64,000 nt of DNA from assembly GCA_032718475.1 (NCBI GenBank), contig JAUCBJ010002983.1:1-64000 (forward strand), in the 5' to 3' direction. Source of the stretch: Nemertoderma westbladi. Taxonomy: Eukaryota; Animalia; Xenacoelomorpha. Under the pieces are notes generated by a model. It ran no database searches. It saw only the letters and a list, made by a program, of their open reading frames with translations, and was not told the origin of the DNA. Below, one piece after another: positions 1 to 12,900 of this stretch (position 1 is the first letter of the stretch; each line of letters begins with the position of its first letter). The position numbers and the translations under genes were made by a program.

Positions 1-347
1 ACTAAGTAAACAAAATTATAAAGAAATATATACATAAGTCGATTAGTGGTTATGGTTACTTTACTTTACGTTCATAAATGCATATTTTTGTATACAATAA
101 ATTACGTTTGTTTGTGTATTGCAATTTAGTTTTAGTTCTAGCTTCACATATTTCTGAAATTTTTTTTCAAATATATAGCCGCATTTTTAAAAGGAAACTT
201 TTAGTATTAAAATTACAAATTATTTGAAAATATAATAAACACTAACACTTGTGAAATATAACCCTTTGAAGTATAATCTCTAGATCACTTGAAAGTAAAC
301 CACTATTCTATTTATTGCAATAAATAGTTTGATTTGTACCGAAATTA

Positions 348-490
348 CGGCCCATGTGAAGTATACCAGGCGTCCTGATGTTTTATTTAATTTTCCAGTT
401 TACCCCCATGTAAATAATACCAGGTCTTAACCTTAAATCGTAAAACCCAGAGAGGTTGCAGAAGGGCTGAATCTAACCAAAACAATGGAG
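348..490 (+). mobile_element. Partial copy of a MITE family (left end CGGCCCATGTGAAGTATACC)
   Basis: Colinear similarity to 34258-34390 (cccatgtgaagtatacc, tttacccc, ctgaatctaaccaaaacaat), where the element has both inverted ends. Confidence 0.55.
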
Positions 491-1703
491 TAAAGGGCTA
501 TAAAACACAAAATGACAGATGGGGGGGGGACTTTCGACGCAATAAAAATGCATTCCACCCCCAGGGGAAATTCGACGCAAATAACAGCTGATTACCTGAG
601 ACTGTAACCTGTTCTATTGTGTTTAGTTTATTATTTTAGTTAAATAACGTGCCACTGTAACCTGCTCCTTTCCATAAATTGAGAATGTAATATTGGGGCG
701 GGATATCAATTCGCCAAGATGGGATTTGCGGCCAGCCCCCCCCCCCCCCCCCCCTCTCTATGTCTCCAAAATGAAGAGAAGTTAAACAAATTCTTAATAA
801 AAAATTCTAATAAAAAGTCGATATTTGGATATTCTTCTGCCCACGTGCATTGTATTTCGCACTCGATTCAATCAGGCACATATGCAGACCCTTCGCTTCA
901 TCTGCTAAAAGTAATTGAAATTAGTAAAACATTTATTGATCATTATTTTCTTTATTTATTAAGTTTATTTAGAAAAATTTATTATAGATTCATAGTTTCA
1001 AATCGTCGGGAATTTAGTTCTAATTGCGGTTCTCTAGTAAGTTCATCCGTCATATATACATAAAAACAATTCGTGACATGATGGATCGTGGGAGCGGGGG
1101 TAGTCATTCCGTAATAATTTGCGATAAAATCCTCAAAAAAAGCGTGAAGACATTAATAGAGGGCAACTAATAATAAACTATAGCTCTAAAGAGCAGATAT
1201 CTTAAGCACTACTGGTTACCGCTCTCCTCTCCCGACTGTAAAAATACCGTGAATAATTAATAAATATACGACATTGGTGGTGTTTTATAACACAGTTCAA
1301 CAATTTAAACTTGTAACTCTATAAATAATTCCAAACAAGTACAACTAATATATAAATATATGCATTGTCTGTCCGTGAGACTATGAGTCTGTCCAAGCTA
1401 TACGTTTAGATTCGACAAACGAGATCCAATCGGAGCCTAAGCTCTCGTCCAGAGCACGTTAACCGTCGCTATCTCGAGGCTAATTTTAATACTTTAGAGT
1501 TGATCTTTATACTTGGCAGAGATCTAAAAGTACCTACTAAACTATAGGTAGTATTTGAAAGTACGCCAACCACTCTGCAGTTCTACAGATTCCCGCAAAG
1601 GGACAAAGACAAAATGTCTGACAGTTTAAACCTTCGCCCATTTTAATATTTGTAATCCTTTGGTGGTCTCGCCAGGTATCTACTACTGCAACATAAGCCT
1701 TGT

Positions 1704-2050
1704 GGGGCGAGCCACGAAATGAGCGAAGTCTTAGCATAAGGGGACCATTAATGAGTTCGAGTTGTCAGTCGTCGTCTAATTTTTGATCGCTAATAACTGT
1801 GTCAATCATTGATGAAATGAAACCAAACTTAGAAAACATGTGGATTCTCAAAGGTTTAGAAATATCCTGAGGTTTGGTGAAAAATCAGACCGTCTGCCAG
1901 TCGGTACTCAGTAGTTTCTGACTTTCGATAAAAACCGAAATAAGTCGGCCAATCGTGCTGAAATTAAACCAAACTTGGTAGGCCTACGTATCGGATCGGT
2001 AGAGCTTCTCAGGTTAACTGAGTATCGTGCCCCGCGAAGGCCCCACGAAC
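1704..2050 (+). mobile_element. Short interspersed non-autonomous element, HINE/DINE-1-like
   Basis: Shares the start GGGGCGAGCCACGAA.TGAGC.AAG.CTTAGCATA, a (GTC)n tract, ttttgatcgctaataact and the end CGCGAAGGCCC.ACGAAC with 11131-11478. Partial ends also occur at ~34172-34198 and ~49490-49520. The HINE class assignment rests on architecture only. Confidence 0.6.
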
Positions 2051-2183
2051 GAGTTGTGTTGTACAGTAGTAGATACCTGCCATGGTATCAGTCTGTTTGT
2101 TTGAGAAAACGAATTAATAAAATTATGTTTGTAATAATGAAGAAGAGTGTGTACTATAGCCTAGTGTAACAAAAAAACGTTAC

Positions 2184-2273
2184 CTGTTCGAAAAATTCAT
2201 CCATAAATTTGCAGTCAATGTTGACTGTAACGTCGTTATTAACCAAATTGTCATCTTCATCAGTTCCTTGTGC
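2184..2273 (-). CDS. STX1: Syntaxin-1 coding exon 2 (AQGTDEDDNLVNNDVTVNIDCKFMDEFFEQ)
   Basis: 90-nt phase-0 exon between ttttcttcaatAG and GTAACG. It ends in FMDEFFEQ, identical to the end of STX1A exon 2. Later exons were not found in 1-2183 and presumably lie left of the window. Confidence 0.93.
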
Positions 2274-3938
2274 CTATTGAAGAAAACAAATATATAATTA
2301 TATCGCAATACCCTATTGTAATGAAAGCGTTAGGCGAGTAAAAATATATAAGTGCTAATTGGGCAAGCGAGATAAGATAAGAGTAAAAAGATCTTATCTC
2401 CAAAAAGATAAGAGTAAATGAATGAATATGTACCGGTATATAGCATCAAAATAAGAGTTAGAATAGAAAAGAGTAACTGACTACACACACGATGCAGGAC
2501 ATCAAACTTGAGCCAATACGAGTCAACCGATGTGTGGGTTAGTCGCACACACAGTCGTGCGTGCCATGTTCGCCCCCCATCTTTGGCCACATCGTGTACC
2601 GGTACTCGTGAACTGTGCGTGCAACGCATTCACACCTGTGTTGGAAGGTTTGTCGGCCGGATCTTTCAAACGAGGAGATCAGGGATCATTTACACTGTCT
2701 CGCACTCATGCCTGCAGACAGATACTACTACTGTCGGCGTGCCGCATTGCAGCTGCATTATATTCATACATGAAAAATGCGATGCCTACTTGTTGACGCA
2801 TCTTTGTCGCCAGTGTCCTTTGGGGAGAATATCAAGTAACTCATGGGCTGCCCACCATGCTTACAGGTATTAGGTCAGGAATTATATAAATGAGCGGGGA
2901 AAGGAAACCAGCGTGTCAATTACCTTTGTGTCACATTAGCCTATGTGTTAGTCTGTGTGACCATGGCGGCCTGTGTGTATAATAAACCCTATATAATAAA
3001 CTGTAGCTCGTTGAACTGCCACAAAATGATATTAGGAAATGATATGGGGTCCTCGATGGCTACGACATTTATCTGTTGACAGACGTAGTTACCGCTGTGA
3101 TCTAAGAAAACAATCCTCCTAATATAGTAGCCAACAAGGCATTAGAATAATTAATTGGCCCTTCTTGATTGACTATCACGTCACGACTTAACGAATAGTA
3201 TATATAGGCCCTGGTACTGGTACAGCAGATGAGCAGCAAGCTGCGAACCGACTCAATATCATTGGGGGTCCATATATATATATATATATATCCTTCCGTT
3301 CAACGAGACAAACCACAGCTCCAGAGATGTGAGCAGATAGATATCTTACTTTCGCGTCTATCAGGACAACAACTCAGATTAGGATCGCAAATGCTAGAAG
3401 GCATGTGGAGGGATAGGAAGGAATGGGGCTCCAGCATGGTGGTGGAGTGGAGTGGGCCTTGGTGGGAGTCAGCTGGGGAAAAGTTTAAAGATAACAATGT
3501 TTTCCTTGAGCCAATTTGACAAGAGAGAAAACGAATATATACCTAATAAGCACTAATTTAAAGGGATAAATAATGTATATATTTTACACGATGATAAAGA
3601 AAAGAAGAAAGGAGGCCATAAATAAATAAACGGCATTAATGCGATTGCGAGCGCGAGATATATAACTCTTTCATTATAAATTAATACTTTCAATCTAATT
3701 ACCTCACACAGTAATGCTTTCCTATATCGCATTGATTGTTTGATACGGTACCACAATGTTTAGAAGTAGAATGTAAGGCATTGGCATTGTAAAACATTGG
3801 GTACTTTCGGACCCGGACATTACCCAACAAATTTTACATTGGGAAATAACTACCGGTAACTCTATATGTACTCGTCAGCTCGTAAAGCTTGTTGAGACAC
3901 CAATCAGCCAAAAACTAAATATTTATGTATTTACTTAC

Positions 3939-3968
3939 AGCTCGCAATGCAGCCAGCCGGTCCCTCAT
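3939..3968 (-). CDS. STX1: Syntaxin-1 coding exon 1 (N-peptide MRDRLAALRA)
   Basis: Minus strand reads ATG AGG GAC CGG CTG GCT GCA TTG CGA GCT then a GTAAGT donor. It matches the syntaxin-1 N-peptide (MKDRTQELRT / MTKDRLAAL) and the 30-nt phase-0 first coding exon of vertebrate STX1A. Confidence 0.9.
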
Positions 3969-5749
3969 ATTGTAATCCTACTACTTCTATCACAGTATAA
4001 TGTTCATACAATCCACTGCTTCTGCCCAAAATCGTCAGACTTCGAGGTACGCCAGCGGAGCGCTAGGCTTATAATAAAAATACACGGCACCACTGCTTCC
4101 ACCTCCAGAGTAACGATACCACAGAAGGAACAGAGGAGTCCACGGATCATAAATAGTTAAGGTTACACACTTCCGCAATGGACCTTTGTTACAATAAGCG
4201 CGTCACCTTATCGCAAGCTGCGTCGTTATCACTATTATTTCTGTATGTTGATATTGCGAGGTATGGATGGTTAGATGTTGCAAGGCGCTGTACTCCTTTC
4301 TATATATATCGATCCGAAACAGCGATGCATATAATTATCAGAATCATACAGCATAAGAACAAATTAACTCCATAATCATAAGGACTAATATTACAATCTT
4401 ACATTATAGGCCTACTGTACTACCTGTACTATACATATACAGAACATATAAAATATTCAAGACCTAATGAGTACATAATTTGGTTGAGGAACCAGTTTTA
4501 GTAGCGGAGTAGACCATGATTGATTGATTGCCTAATATACCAGAGCACTACAGCACAGCACTAGACCTATACAGCTATAGGCTTTATATGGTTTTAATAA
4601 TTATTATTTCTTGCATGTTAAACTAAATCATCAGGTACAGCGTGCCATTAATAAGTATTCATGGTATTGGCATTTGTTTGTAAAGTAGCACTTTTGGAAA
4701 TTGTGCTAATCCGAGTTGTTACTTAAACGAACGAAAGTAGTGGGTAGATGAAATGAAAATAAGGATACAGAGACGGAAAACCTTAAATACAAATGCAACA
4801 AGTACAGTAGGTGCGTTGTTTTATTCCAAAAGTGTAACATTACGAACCAACTACTTAAGAAACACTGCATGTAAATTTTTGTTGTCAAGTAAGGTGGACA
4901 TTTTTTGAAATTACTCAAATGTTACAATATGAATTATAGAAAAGAAAGAATACTAATGACTACTTGAGTAGGCCTCCTTGTATTTATGTACTACGATCTA
5001 CTTTACTACATACTACGTACTGTGGTCCGGTATACGTCAGTACGTCTATGCTACAGATACGGTATGTCTGAATGAATAATGACTAGCTGTATGTTATGTT
5101 ATGTTATTAATATCGCCAGAATAACAATAAAATATTAATTTTTGCACACGTACAGTAGATTAAAATAAAATGAACACATATCTGGCAAAGTACGCTAATA
5201 AGCGTATATACTATTGTAAGAAAAATACGGATAATGGTATTCAGGTAAAATGAGTAAAATAATTAAAATTATAGTTCATTTACAGTACTTACAGTTGGTG
5301 CATGTTAATTATAAAAAAAATGAAATTACAGTAAAATTAAATTGAAAACCGGCAAAGCATACTTGTTCAAGGGCTTCAACAACATACAGCATACAGGCAA
5401 ACATATTAATAAGGGACAATTTTACAATACTCCATAGGATACAACACAAAAATACGTATTGTTATACGGAACATAAACTTGGTACCGTAGATATGTCGCA
5501 TAGGTAAAATATTACTGCCGAAATAAAACGTGCAAAGTAAAGTAACTACAAAAGATAGGATAACAATTAAAAATTAAAAAACCGCTATTTTAAAATTTAA
5601 CACAAAAAAATGTTTTTTTGTGATTGAAAAAATGAAATTAATACCGGTAGGTGCTGTAGCTAGATTTTAATAAAGATATCGTTGTATCCGAAAGATATCG
5701 CTTTCGCTACTGCCACTTGGCGCACAGGAGTATCACTATATATTCATTT

Positions 5750-6480
5750 TAAGGGACATTTCGCAGTCTAGTCTATTTTTGAATTTGTTCAAGCATGGAG
5801 TACCAAGGGTATTACGTGACGTGCATTAACAACACTTTCCGGTAATGGTAAAGGATTCCATATGTTTACAACGCTGTCTGCAAAGTTGTTGCATCTCCTT
5901 TCCTACAGTTTGATCTTTTGTACAGCGCCAAGGAAGAGCCTCGTGTTAGCATTGGTGGAGTTCGGAACAAAACTGGTAGAAATTACTTCGCTCAATATTG
6001 TCAATCCCGTGGATAAACTTGTATGTTGTTATAAGGTCGGCTAGTACACGGCAATATATTAATGTCGGCAGTTTGAGTGCACGAAGCCGGTTTTCATATG
6101 ATAACTCAGCCAGTGATAGTACAAGGCAGCAAGGCGAGAGGCACGGTGTTGTACTTGATCATCGATCAATATATATCATGTCGGAGGTATGGCGAACAAA
6201 GAGACAAAGACGTATTCAAAGAGAGGCCAAACAAGGGATTTGTATAACAGGGTCAGAGGGTAAACATCGGAGCTTCCACATATGTAAAAGTTATTCGTAT
6301 TAAATGGACGACTCGCATGGCGCGGGCTACAGTCTTTGTAGTTGTTGCTTTGTCTGAGCTGTGAAGGACAACTCTGGGTGTAGGCCTAAATGTAATTCCA
6401 AAATCACGTTCCTCGTTTGCCGATAAAAGTGTCCGTCCATTCATTGTGTAAAAAGTTGCTTGGGGGTTACTAGAACCTAG
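5750..6480 (-). mobile_element. Degenerate CR1-type LINE ORF2 3' fragment
   Basis: Frameshifted pieces EERDFGITF, ENRLRALKLPTL, ADLITTYKFIHGIDNI, VVNIWNPLP and NKFKNRLD are typical of the CR1 post-RT region. Confidence 0.75.
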
Positions 6481-6599
6481 ATGCTAGATACATGCATGAC
6501 CTTGCACTTGGAGTCATTGAACTGCAATTTCCAATGGTTACACCTGTGTGTCAGTAATAAATTGTTTAATTATCAAAAGTGCCATAGTATAAGTCGTTT

Positions 6600-7245
6600 T
6601 GTTTAGGATTTAGTTGGGCTTGGCAAAATCAGGATGTAGGTAATAGTGTTAATACTTTTCTATTCAATGTAAAGCAACGTATCACTGATCAGTTTGTGCA
6701 ATTTTGGAGATCAGAAGTAGCATCGTCCCCAAAAGGAAGATTTTATATAAAGGAAACATTCAAACCCTCTACTTACATTTACATATTGAGTAATCATTTA
6801 GCGTTGCGCCGGCTTTTTGCGCAATTTAGATGCTCATCACACGGGCTGAGTATTGAAACGGGACGATGGTACGGTATAGCTAGGGACCAGCGAATTTGCA
6901 ATATGTGCGATTGTAATTTAGTAGAAGACGAGTACCATTTTCTATTAGGTTGCACTTTTTATCACAGCCTGCGGTGCAGATACTTGGGTATGAGATATAT
7001 GGTTTTCCCGAATTTTTTAAAATTTATTGAATTAATGCAAACTGACGATCCTACTAAAGTTTTGAATATTGCGCGATATATTTTTCATGCATTTAAATTA
7101 CGTGCAACTGTTAGCTAACTACTGTATACTGTCTATTGGAAATGTTTAATTTACTGAAATTGTTGATAATATTATGTATGTATATGTACAACAGGGGCTT
7201 TAAGTAGCCCGATCGTTGATTAATATATATTAATAATAATAATCT
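6600..7245 (+). mobile_element. Non-LTR retrotransposon 3' end with C-terminal CCHC zinc-binding motif (RTEX/Proto2-like)
   Basis: ORF 6696-7118 contains FRCSSHGLSIETGRW...CNMC...EDEYHFLLGCTFY. It is followed by an AT-rich 3' UTR and a (TAA)n tail at ~7232-7242. Clade is uncertain. Confidence 0.75.
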
Positions 7246-10200
7246 TTATTCACTGTTCAACTTTAACCTGTCTGCTGGTCTGCCTGTTTTATAATATGAG
7301 CAGTTTTATTTATACGCTTCTATGACAGCGGTGTCTCCATCCAAATACAGAAATAATATAATATAGGCCTAGGCCTAATATAAATATAGCTTATACAACA
7401 GTACAATACAGCAATATTATGTAAATAAATAAACTGACTGACCAGCAATAGCAATAATGACTGATCAGCTAACAGGCTAATAGCTGGAACTGTGATAGCC
7501 TACCTGCCTACTGGCCTACTGCTTAACAGCATAAAGTTAAATATGTAAATAAATGACCAGTTGCAGTCAGCCAGTGCTGCAGTGTGAGTTTCCATTACCG
7601 GTACTGCATTATGCTGTTATGATGCCTCCTGCATGGCCAGTCAGCCAGTAGTTATTGTGTTGCTGTGTTGTTGGTCTGATGAACGCATGTCTGCTGTCTG
7701 GCTGTTGTGCTGTCTCAGTCTCACTGTCTGCATGGTGCTAGGTTCGGCTGACTTCTGCGCCAGGCAAATATGTACACCGCACACCGGGTGTGCTGGGCTG
7801 ATTCCTGCTCCGGCGCCGGGTCAATTTCTGCAGCGTCGACGCCGGGAATATTTCGACGCCTGATGCGCCGAGCAGCCGAGCGCAGCATCTCTATCATTGC
7901 CGGTGCTACGCCGGCTACGCCGGCAGATAGGGGCAGCAGTACAGTAGGCCTAGCCTACCTGCCTACAGTGAGTCCAGCCTGCCAGCAGTCAAGACAGCTG
8001 CAGAGTTGTCTTGTAGGCCTATAGTCCAGTAGTCAGATAGTACAAAAGTAGTAGTAAAAAAAAGCCCTATTCTGTTATTCCAGTAGACTACCGGTATCTG
8101 GGTATTCAACAGATTGACAGGACAGAACCAACAGACCACACCCGTCCCATTTCGCCGTACAGCCGTAGGCCTACTGCCGTATGTTGCCTTGTCAGTCTCA
8201 TTACCGGTACTGCTGTACTGCACTGCAGTAGTATGTGTAGCTCTACAGCTCTAGGCCTACTGCTGTACTGCAGTACTGATGTAGAATAACACACTGCTGC
8301 ACTGACAGATAAACACACACCACGACCACACACATATCAACATCATGTGTCATGTTTAATAGTTGAGGGTAAAGAAAGCTACATGCTTATGGCACCCGTA
8401 CAAATCGATAGTAAATAATAAAGTAACTGAAAGTAAATAATATGTATTACCGGTATGTATGTATGTACAGTATACGTGTAGCAAAACGTTGTGTAAAATC
8501 ATGAAACTGATAAAAAATTTTAAAATATTAGATAGAATCGTGGCGTATAAAAACAGTACGGCATGTAAAACAGGTCAAAACATTTGAACACATAAATTTA
8601 CATGGATTAGTTTACACTACACGTAGCGAAAATAATTACAAAGTTTAAGGGTTAAAATAAAATATAAAATTAATTTAAAATATCAGATAAATCCATGGCT
8701 ATAAAAACAGTACGGCATGTAAAATAGATCAATACATTTGAACACATAAATCGAAATAAAATCACAAGTAATATATGACGACAGTTGCACCATTTGGGTC
8801 TATTTAAAAATACGAATGATTGGTAGAAAATAACTGTATAATGGACACGATGAAAAATAGTTAGATAAGTAAAATAAGATAAAATAGTGACATAAAAATA
8901 AGTAGATAATGTAAAAAATAAGTAAAATGCGATAAAAATAAATATTGATGTGCGACTAAAAAAAGAAAACAATTAAATATAACTAATGTGAGTTTGGGGG
9001 GGGGGGGGGTCATTGACTGTAAGTCTCGTTATTGGGACCACCATGAGGGGGTAAATTTGAGCGGCAAGTTTTTGCAGTGCTTATTGAGTCTCTATTTGAA
9101 TGCATTTCATTGCGATGCGATCCATTCAATGCGATTTCAATGCTTGTGAGGGGGCGGTTACTACAGATTCGGATAAGGCGTTCCAGGGGTCAATGACACG
9201 GAAATGGAATGTTGCGTTGCGTTGGAGGAGACGTGCGCGCGGTTTGTTTAGTTTAAGCGAATGGCCGCGGAGGTTGGTATCTGCGAGTGTTAGCATGTTT
9301 CTGAAGTCGACCGATTCCATTCCAGTGAGATATCGGTATACTTATACGAGGTCTGCGCGATGCCGTCTTTATTCCAGTGTAGGTAGTCCCAATTCGCATA
9401 GTCTCGTAGGATAAGGCTTATCTCGCAAATCCTTTACTAGTCTTGTTGCACGTCGTTGCACAGATTCGATTAGTCTAGTGTCACATATATTGTGTGGAGA
9501 CCATACTGTGGACGCATATTCTAGAACTGGGCGGACCAAAGATTTAAAGTGATTTAGAGTGCAATAAATGATCTGGATGATGGTTAAAAGATGGTTAAAT
9601 GATCTGTAAATCAACCCCAAGGTTCGGTTCGCTTTCTTTGTTATATTTGATATATGTCGGCTGAATGACAAATAATTCTGGAATGTAACGCCTAGGTCTT
9701 TCTCGGAATCTGTAGTTTTTAGCTGATTGACACCAAGAGTGTATGGCAAGCAGGGGTTATTATTTCCAACGTGCATGATTTTACATTTGTCGTGGTTGAA
9801 TAACAGTTGCCCGGTGATGCTCCATGTGTGAAGAATATCGAGATCAGTATGAAGGGGTCCGATGGAAAGTGTAGGGGAGCGTTCATAAAGTATGAACGCT
9901 CCCTAGGGTCAGGAGTAAAAATACAGCTATCCTTGGTGTCATCTGCGAATAGGAAAATGAGAAATTGCACCAGACTGGGTATATCATTTACAAATACAAG
10001 GAAATACAAAACGGCACCCACACTTCCGTGAGGCTTACCACTTCGCACCGGCAGCCAATCAGAGTGTTCACCCTGTACCACAACTCGTTGGTACGGATCA
10101 CTTAGGAAATTCTCAATCCAACCAAATAGGTTTACAGCTATTCCAAGATTCTCTAGTTTGTGCAGCAAGCGTCGATGTGGTACACAGTCAAATGCCTTGC

Positions 10201-11130
10201 TGAAATCCATGTACGTGATATCTATACATTGTCTTTGGTCTAGTGCCTGTGATCACGTACAGATAACATCCAAAAGTTGAAGGGTACACGATTTACCATG
10301 CTGGAATCCGTACAGTTGGTGAACAATTAAAACATTTTCTTTAAGGTGAATCCACATGTTATCAACCACAATTCTTTCCATCAGCTTGGTGACAACAGAA
10401 GTGAGACTTATCCGCCTGTAGTTTTCAGAGGCATTCTTTTTTCCACTTTTAAATATTGGCGTAATATTGGCTAACTTCCATTGCTGCGGTACCGTTGCTG
10501 TATCCATTGACTTCTGAAAAATATGTTTCAAGGGTAAACATATTTCAGAAGAGAGTTCTTTCAACACAGCTGGGTAGACCTCATCGGGACCAGGTGCGCC
10601 TGATCCGTTCATCTTCGTAATAACCACAGAGATGTCTGATTCCTGGAAGTCGACTGTTGTGATAGGTTGGTGGGACGGTAGAGGGTGTTGGACGTGGGGG
10701 ATGTTTGTCAAATCTTCAACGGTAGAGACTGATGAATAGTGTTTGTTTAGTGTGTTGGCCTTTTCCTTGTTGTCAGTTACTAGCTTACCAGAATGGTCCA
10801 TAAGGTTGTAAACTACAGGTTTTACTTTTCGTTTTGATTGGATGTATTTGTTGCTGCACACTTAGCTACATTTTTTTCAAATTCATATTGTGTGTTTCTA
10901 GTCATAAGGCTACATTGGTGATGGGAGGTTTTGTACACATTATAGGTAGAGATAGAAGGATTTCTTTTATAGCTATCCCATAGTTTTCTTTTCCTTTTGA
11001 TAGTGATTGATAATTCTTTAGTCCACCATTTTGGCCGTTTTTTCTGACTATGTTTGTTGTTTGTTAGTGGTATGTGCCTTTCACACGATTTTCTAAGTGG
11101 TTGTTGGAATTAAATCCATGCTGCATCTGT

Positions 11131-11478
11131 GGGGCGAGCCACGAAGTGAGCAAAGCCTTAGCATATGGGTGCCATTGGCGAGTTGTCTGTCGTCGTCGCC
11201 TGTCGTCGTCATCATCGTGGTCCTCTGTCATCATACATTTTTGATCGCTAATAACTTGGTTATTCCTCAATGATATCAAATGAAACTTGGTACATATGTA
11301 GTCCGTCAAAAGTTTAGAAAAAATCTGAAGTTTGGTCAAAAACGAGCGAACGCAACGAGGTACAAGAGGAGAATGAGTATTGTATTGAAGACTTCTGACT
11401 AACGGCAGACAACTCGTTAATGGTGCCCATATGCTAAAGGCTTTGCTCACTTCGTGCTGCGCGAAGGCCCAACGAACG
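11131..11478 (+). mobile_element. HINE-like element inserted into the CR1 ORF2, with ~55-bp subterminal inverted repeats
   Basis: ~11140-11193 (CACGAAGTGAGCAAAGCCTTAGCATATGGGTGCCATTGGCGAGTTGTCTGTCGT) is a near-perfect reverse complement of ~11402-11456. Same family as 1704-2050. Confidence 0.7.
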
Positions 11479-12284
11479 TGTATCCATTGGTTGTAGTGTA
11501 CTGCCACCAGTCTATTTTGTTCAACTCCATTTTTATTGCAGTATAGTTGGCTTTAGAGAAGATTGGGAGACGTCTTACTGCAGTTTGGTAACTGGGTTTT
11601 GCATGAGTAGCTTCAAATTCTAGTACTACATGGTCACTTGCTCCAATTCCTGGTAAATAGAGTGGGGGGTCGATGTCGATCGCATTCTCTTCACTGGTTA
11701 AAATTAAGTCTAACATGTGAGGGGGGGGGGGGGGGGGGGGCGTTGTTTCAGAAACAAATCTTGCACACATGTCAGAATTAATTCTTCACCCGAGTCGGTT
11801 GTAGACAATTTCTCCCAATCCGTGTGGGGCATGTTAAAGTCACCCGATATAATCAGAGAATGGGTTCTGTTTTCATCACAGATTTCGTGTAATAGGTTAC
11901 AGACATCCACAAAGTTATCTTTGTTACTTGGGCTGCGGTATAAGCATCCAAATATTAGTGGTTTGGAGCTTGCATAAATCGTTAGCCAGATGGACTCGAA
12001 ACCATTAGATGTTTGTCGAGCCTGAGAATATTCTGAACAATTGAGTGAGTCCTTGCAGTATACAGCAATACCCCTAGAGCATGAGCGATAAGTTATTGTA
12101 GCATCTAGAATATCCATCCAGTTTATAGCAGGTTTCGGCGATGTGTTTTGTAAAACTTTGGTAATATCTCTGTTACAGCAATAATGTCTGGGTGTCAGAA
12201 GCGATTATAGATAGTTCTGGTAGCTTGTTAAGCAGGTTATCAGCGTTAGTGTAGATACACTTAACGTTTGGCATATTGTTGGAT

Positions 12285-12900
12285 TTGGCAGTAGCCACAT
12301 GCAAAGTCCCGGATGTAGGGGTAGCTACAGAAGGGATCCCGGATGGCAGGGTAGGCATGGGTGGAGACCCAGATGGCAGGGTAGTTACAGGAGGGGTCGA
12401 GGATAGTGGGTGGTCGAGGATGGTCGAGGGTGGAGTCCTGGACAGCGGGGAAGCTACTTGCAGAGTCCCGGATGCCAGGGTAGCCATGGGCGGAGTCCTG
12501 GATGGCGGGGTAGCCACGGGCGGAGTCCTGGACGGTGGGGAAGCTACAGGTTGGATCCCAGATGCCGTGGTAGCCACAGGCAGAGTCCCAGACAGTGGGG
12601 TAGCCATGAGCAGAGTCCAGGGCGGCGGGGTAGCCACAGGTGGAGTCCCGGGTGGTGGGGTAGCCACGGGCGGAGTCCCAGACAATGGGGTTGCCATGGG
12701 TGGAGTCCCAGGTGGCGGGGTAGCCACGGGTGGAGTCCTGGATGGCGGGGAAACTACAGACAGAGTCCTGGATGGCAGGGTAGCCATGGGCAGAGTCCCC
12801 GATAGCGTGGTAGCCAAGGGTGGAGTCCTGGGTGGCGGGGAAGCTACAGGCAGAGTCCTCTATGGCATGGTAGCCACGGGCGGAGCCCCAGGCGGAGTCC
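12285..12900 (-). repeat. 30-bp coding minisatellite (~20 units, decapeptide PPVATPPSGT) between ORF1 and the APE domain of the CR1
   Basis: 30-nt periodicity (ggtagccacgggcggagtcctggatggcgg variants). It reads in frame into KCIYTNADNL. Confidence 0.9.

Noticed and set aside
2490-2870. ORFs 2508-2873 and 2530-2796 as a gene
   Set aside because: They lie antisense in syntaxin intron 1; fragments such as DLSNEEIR hint at a decayed RTE piece, too degraded to call.
8363-8410. 48-nt exon-like segment on the plus strand (EGKESYMLMAPVQID)
   Set aside because: Weak donor and acceptor, no recognisable family or partner exons.
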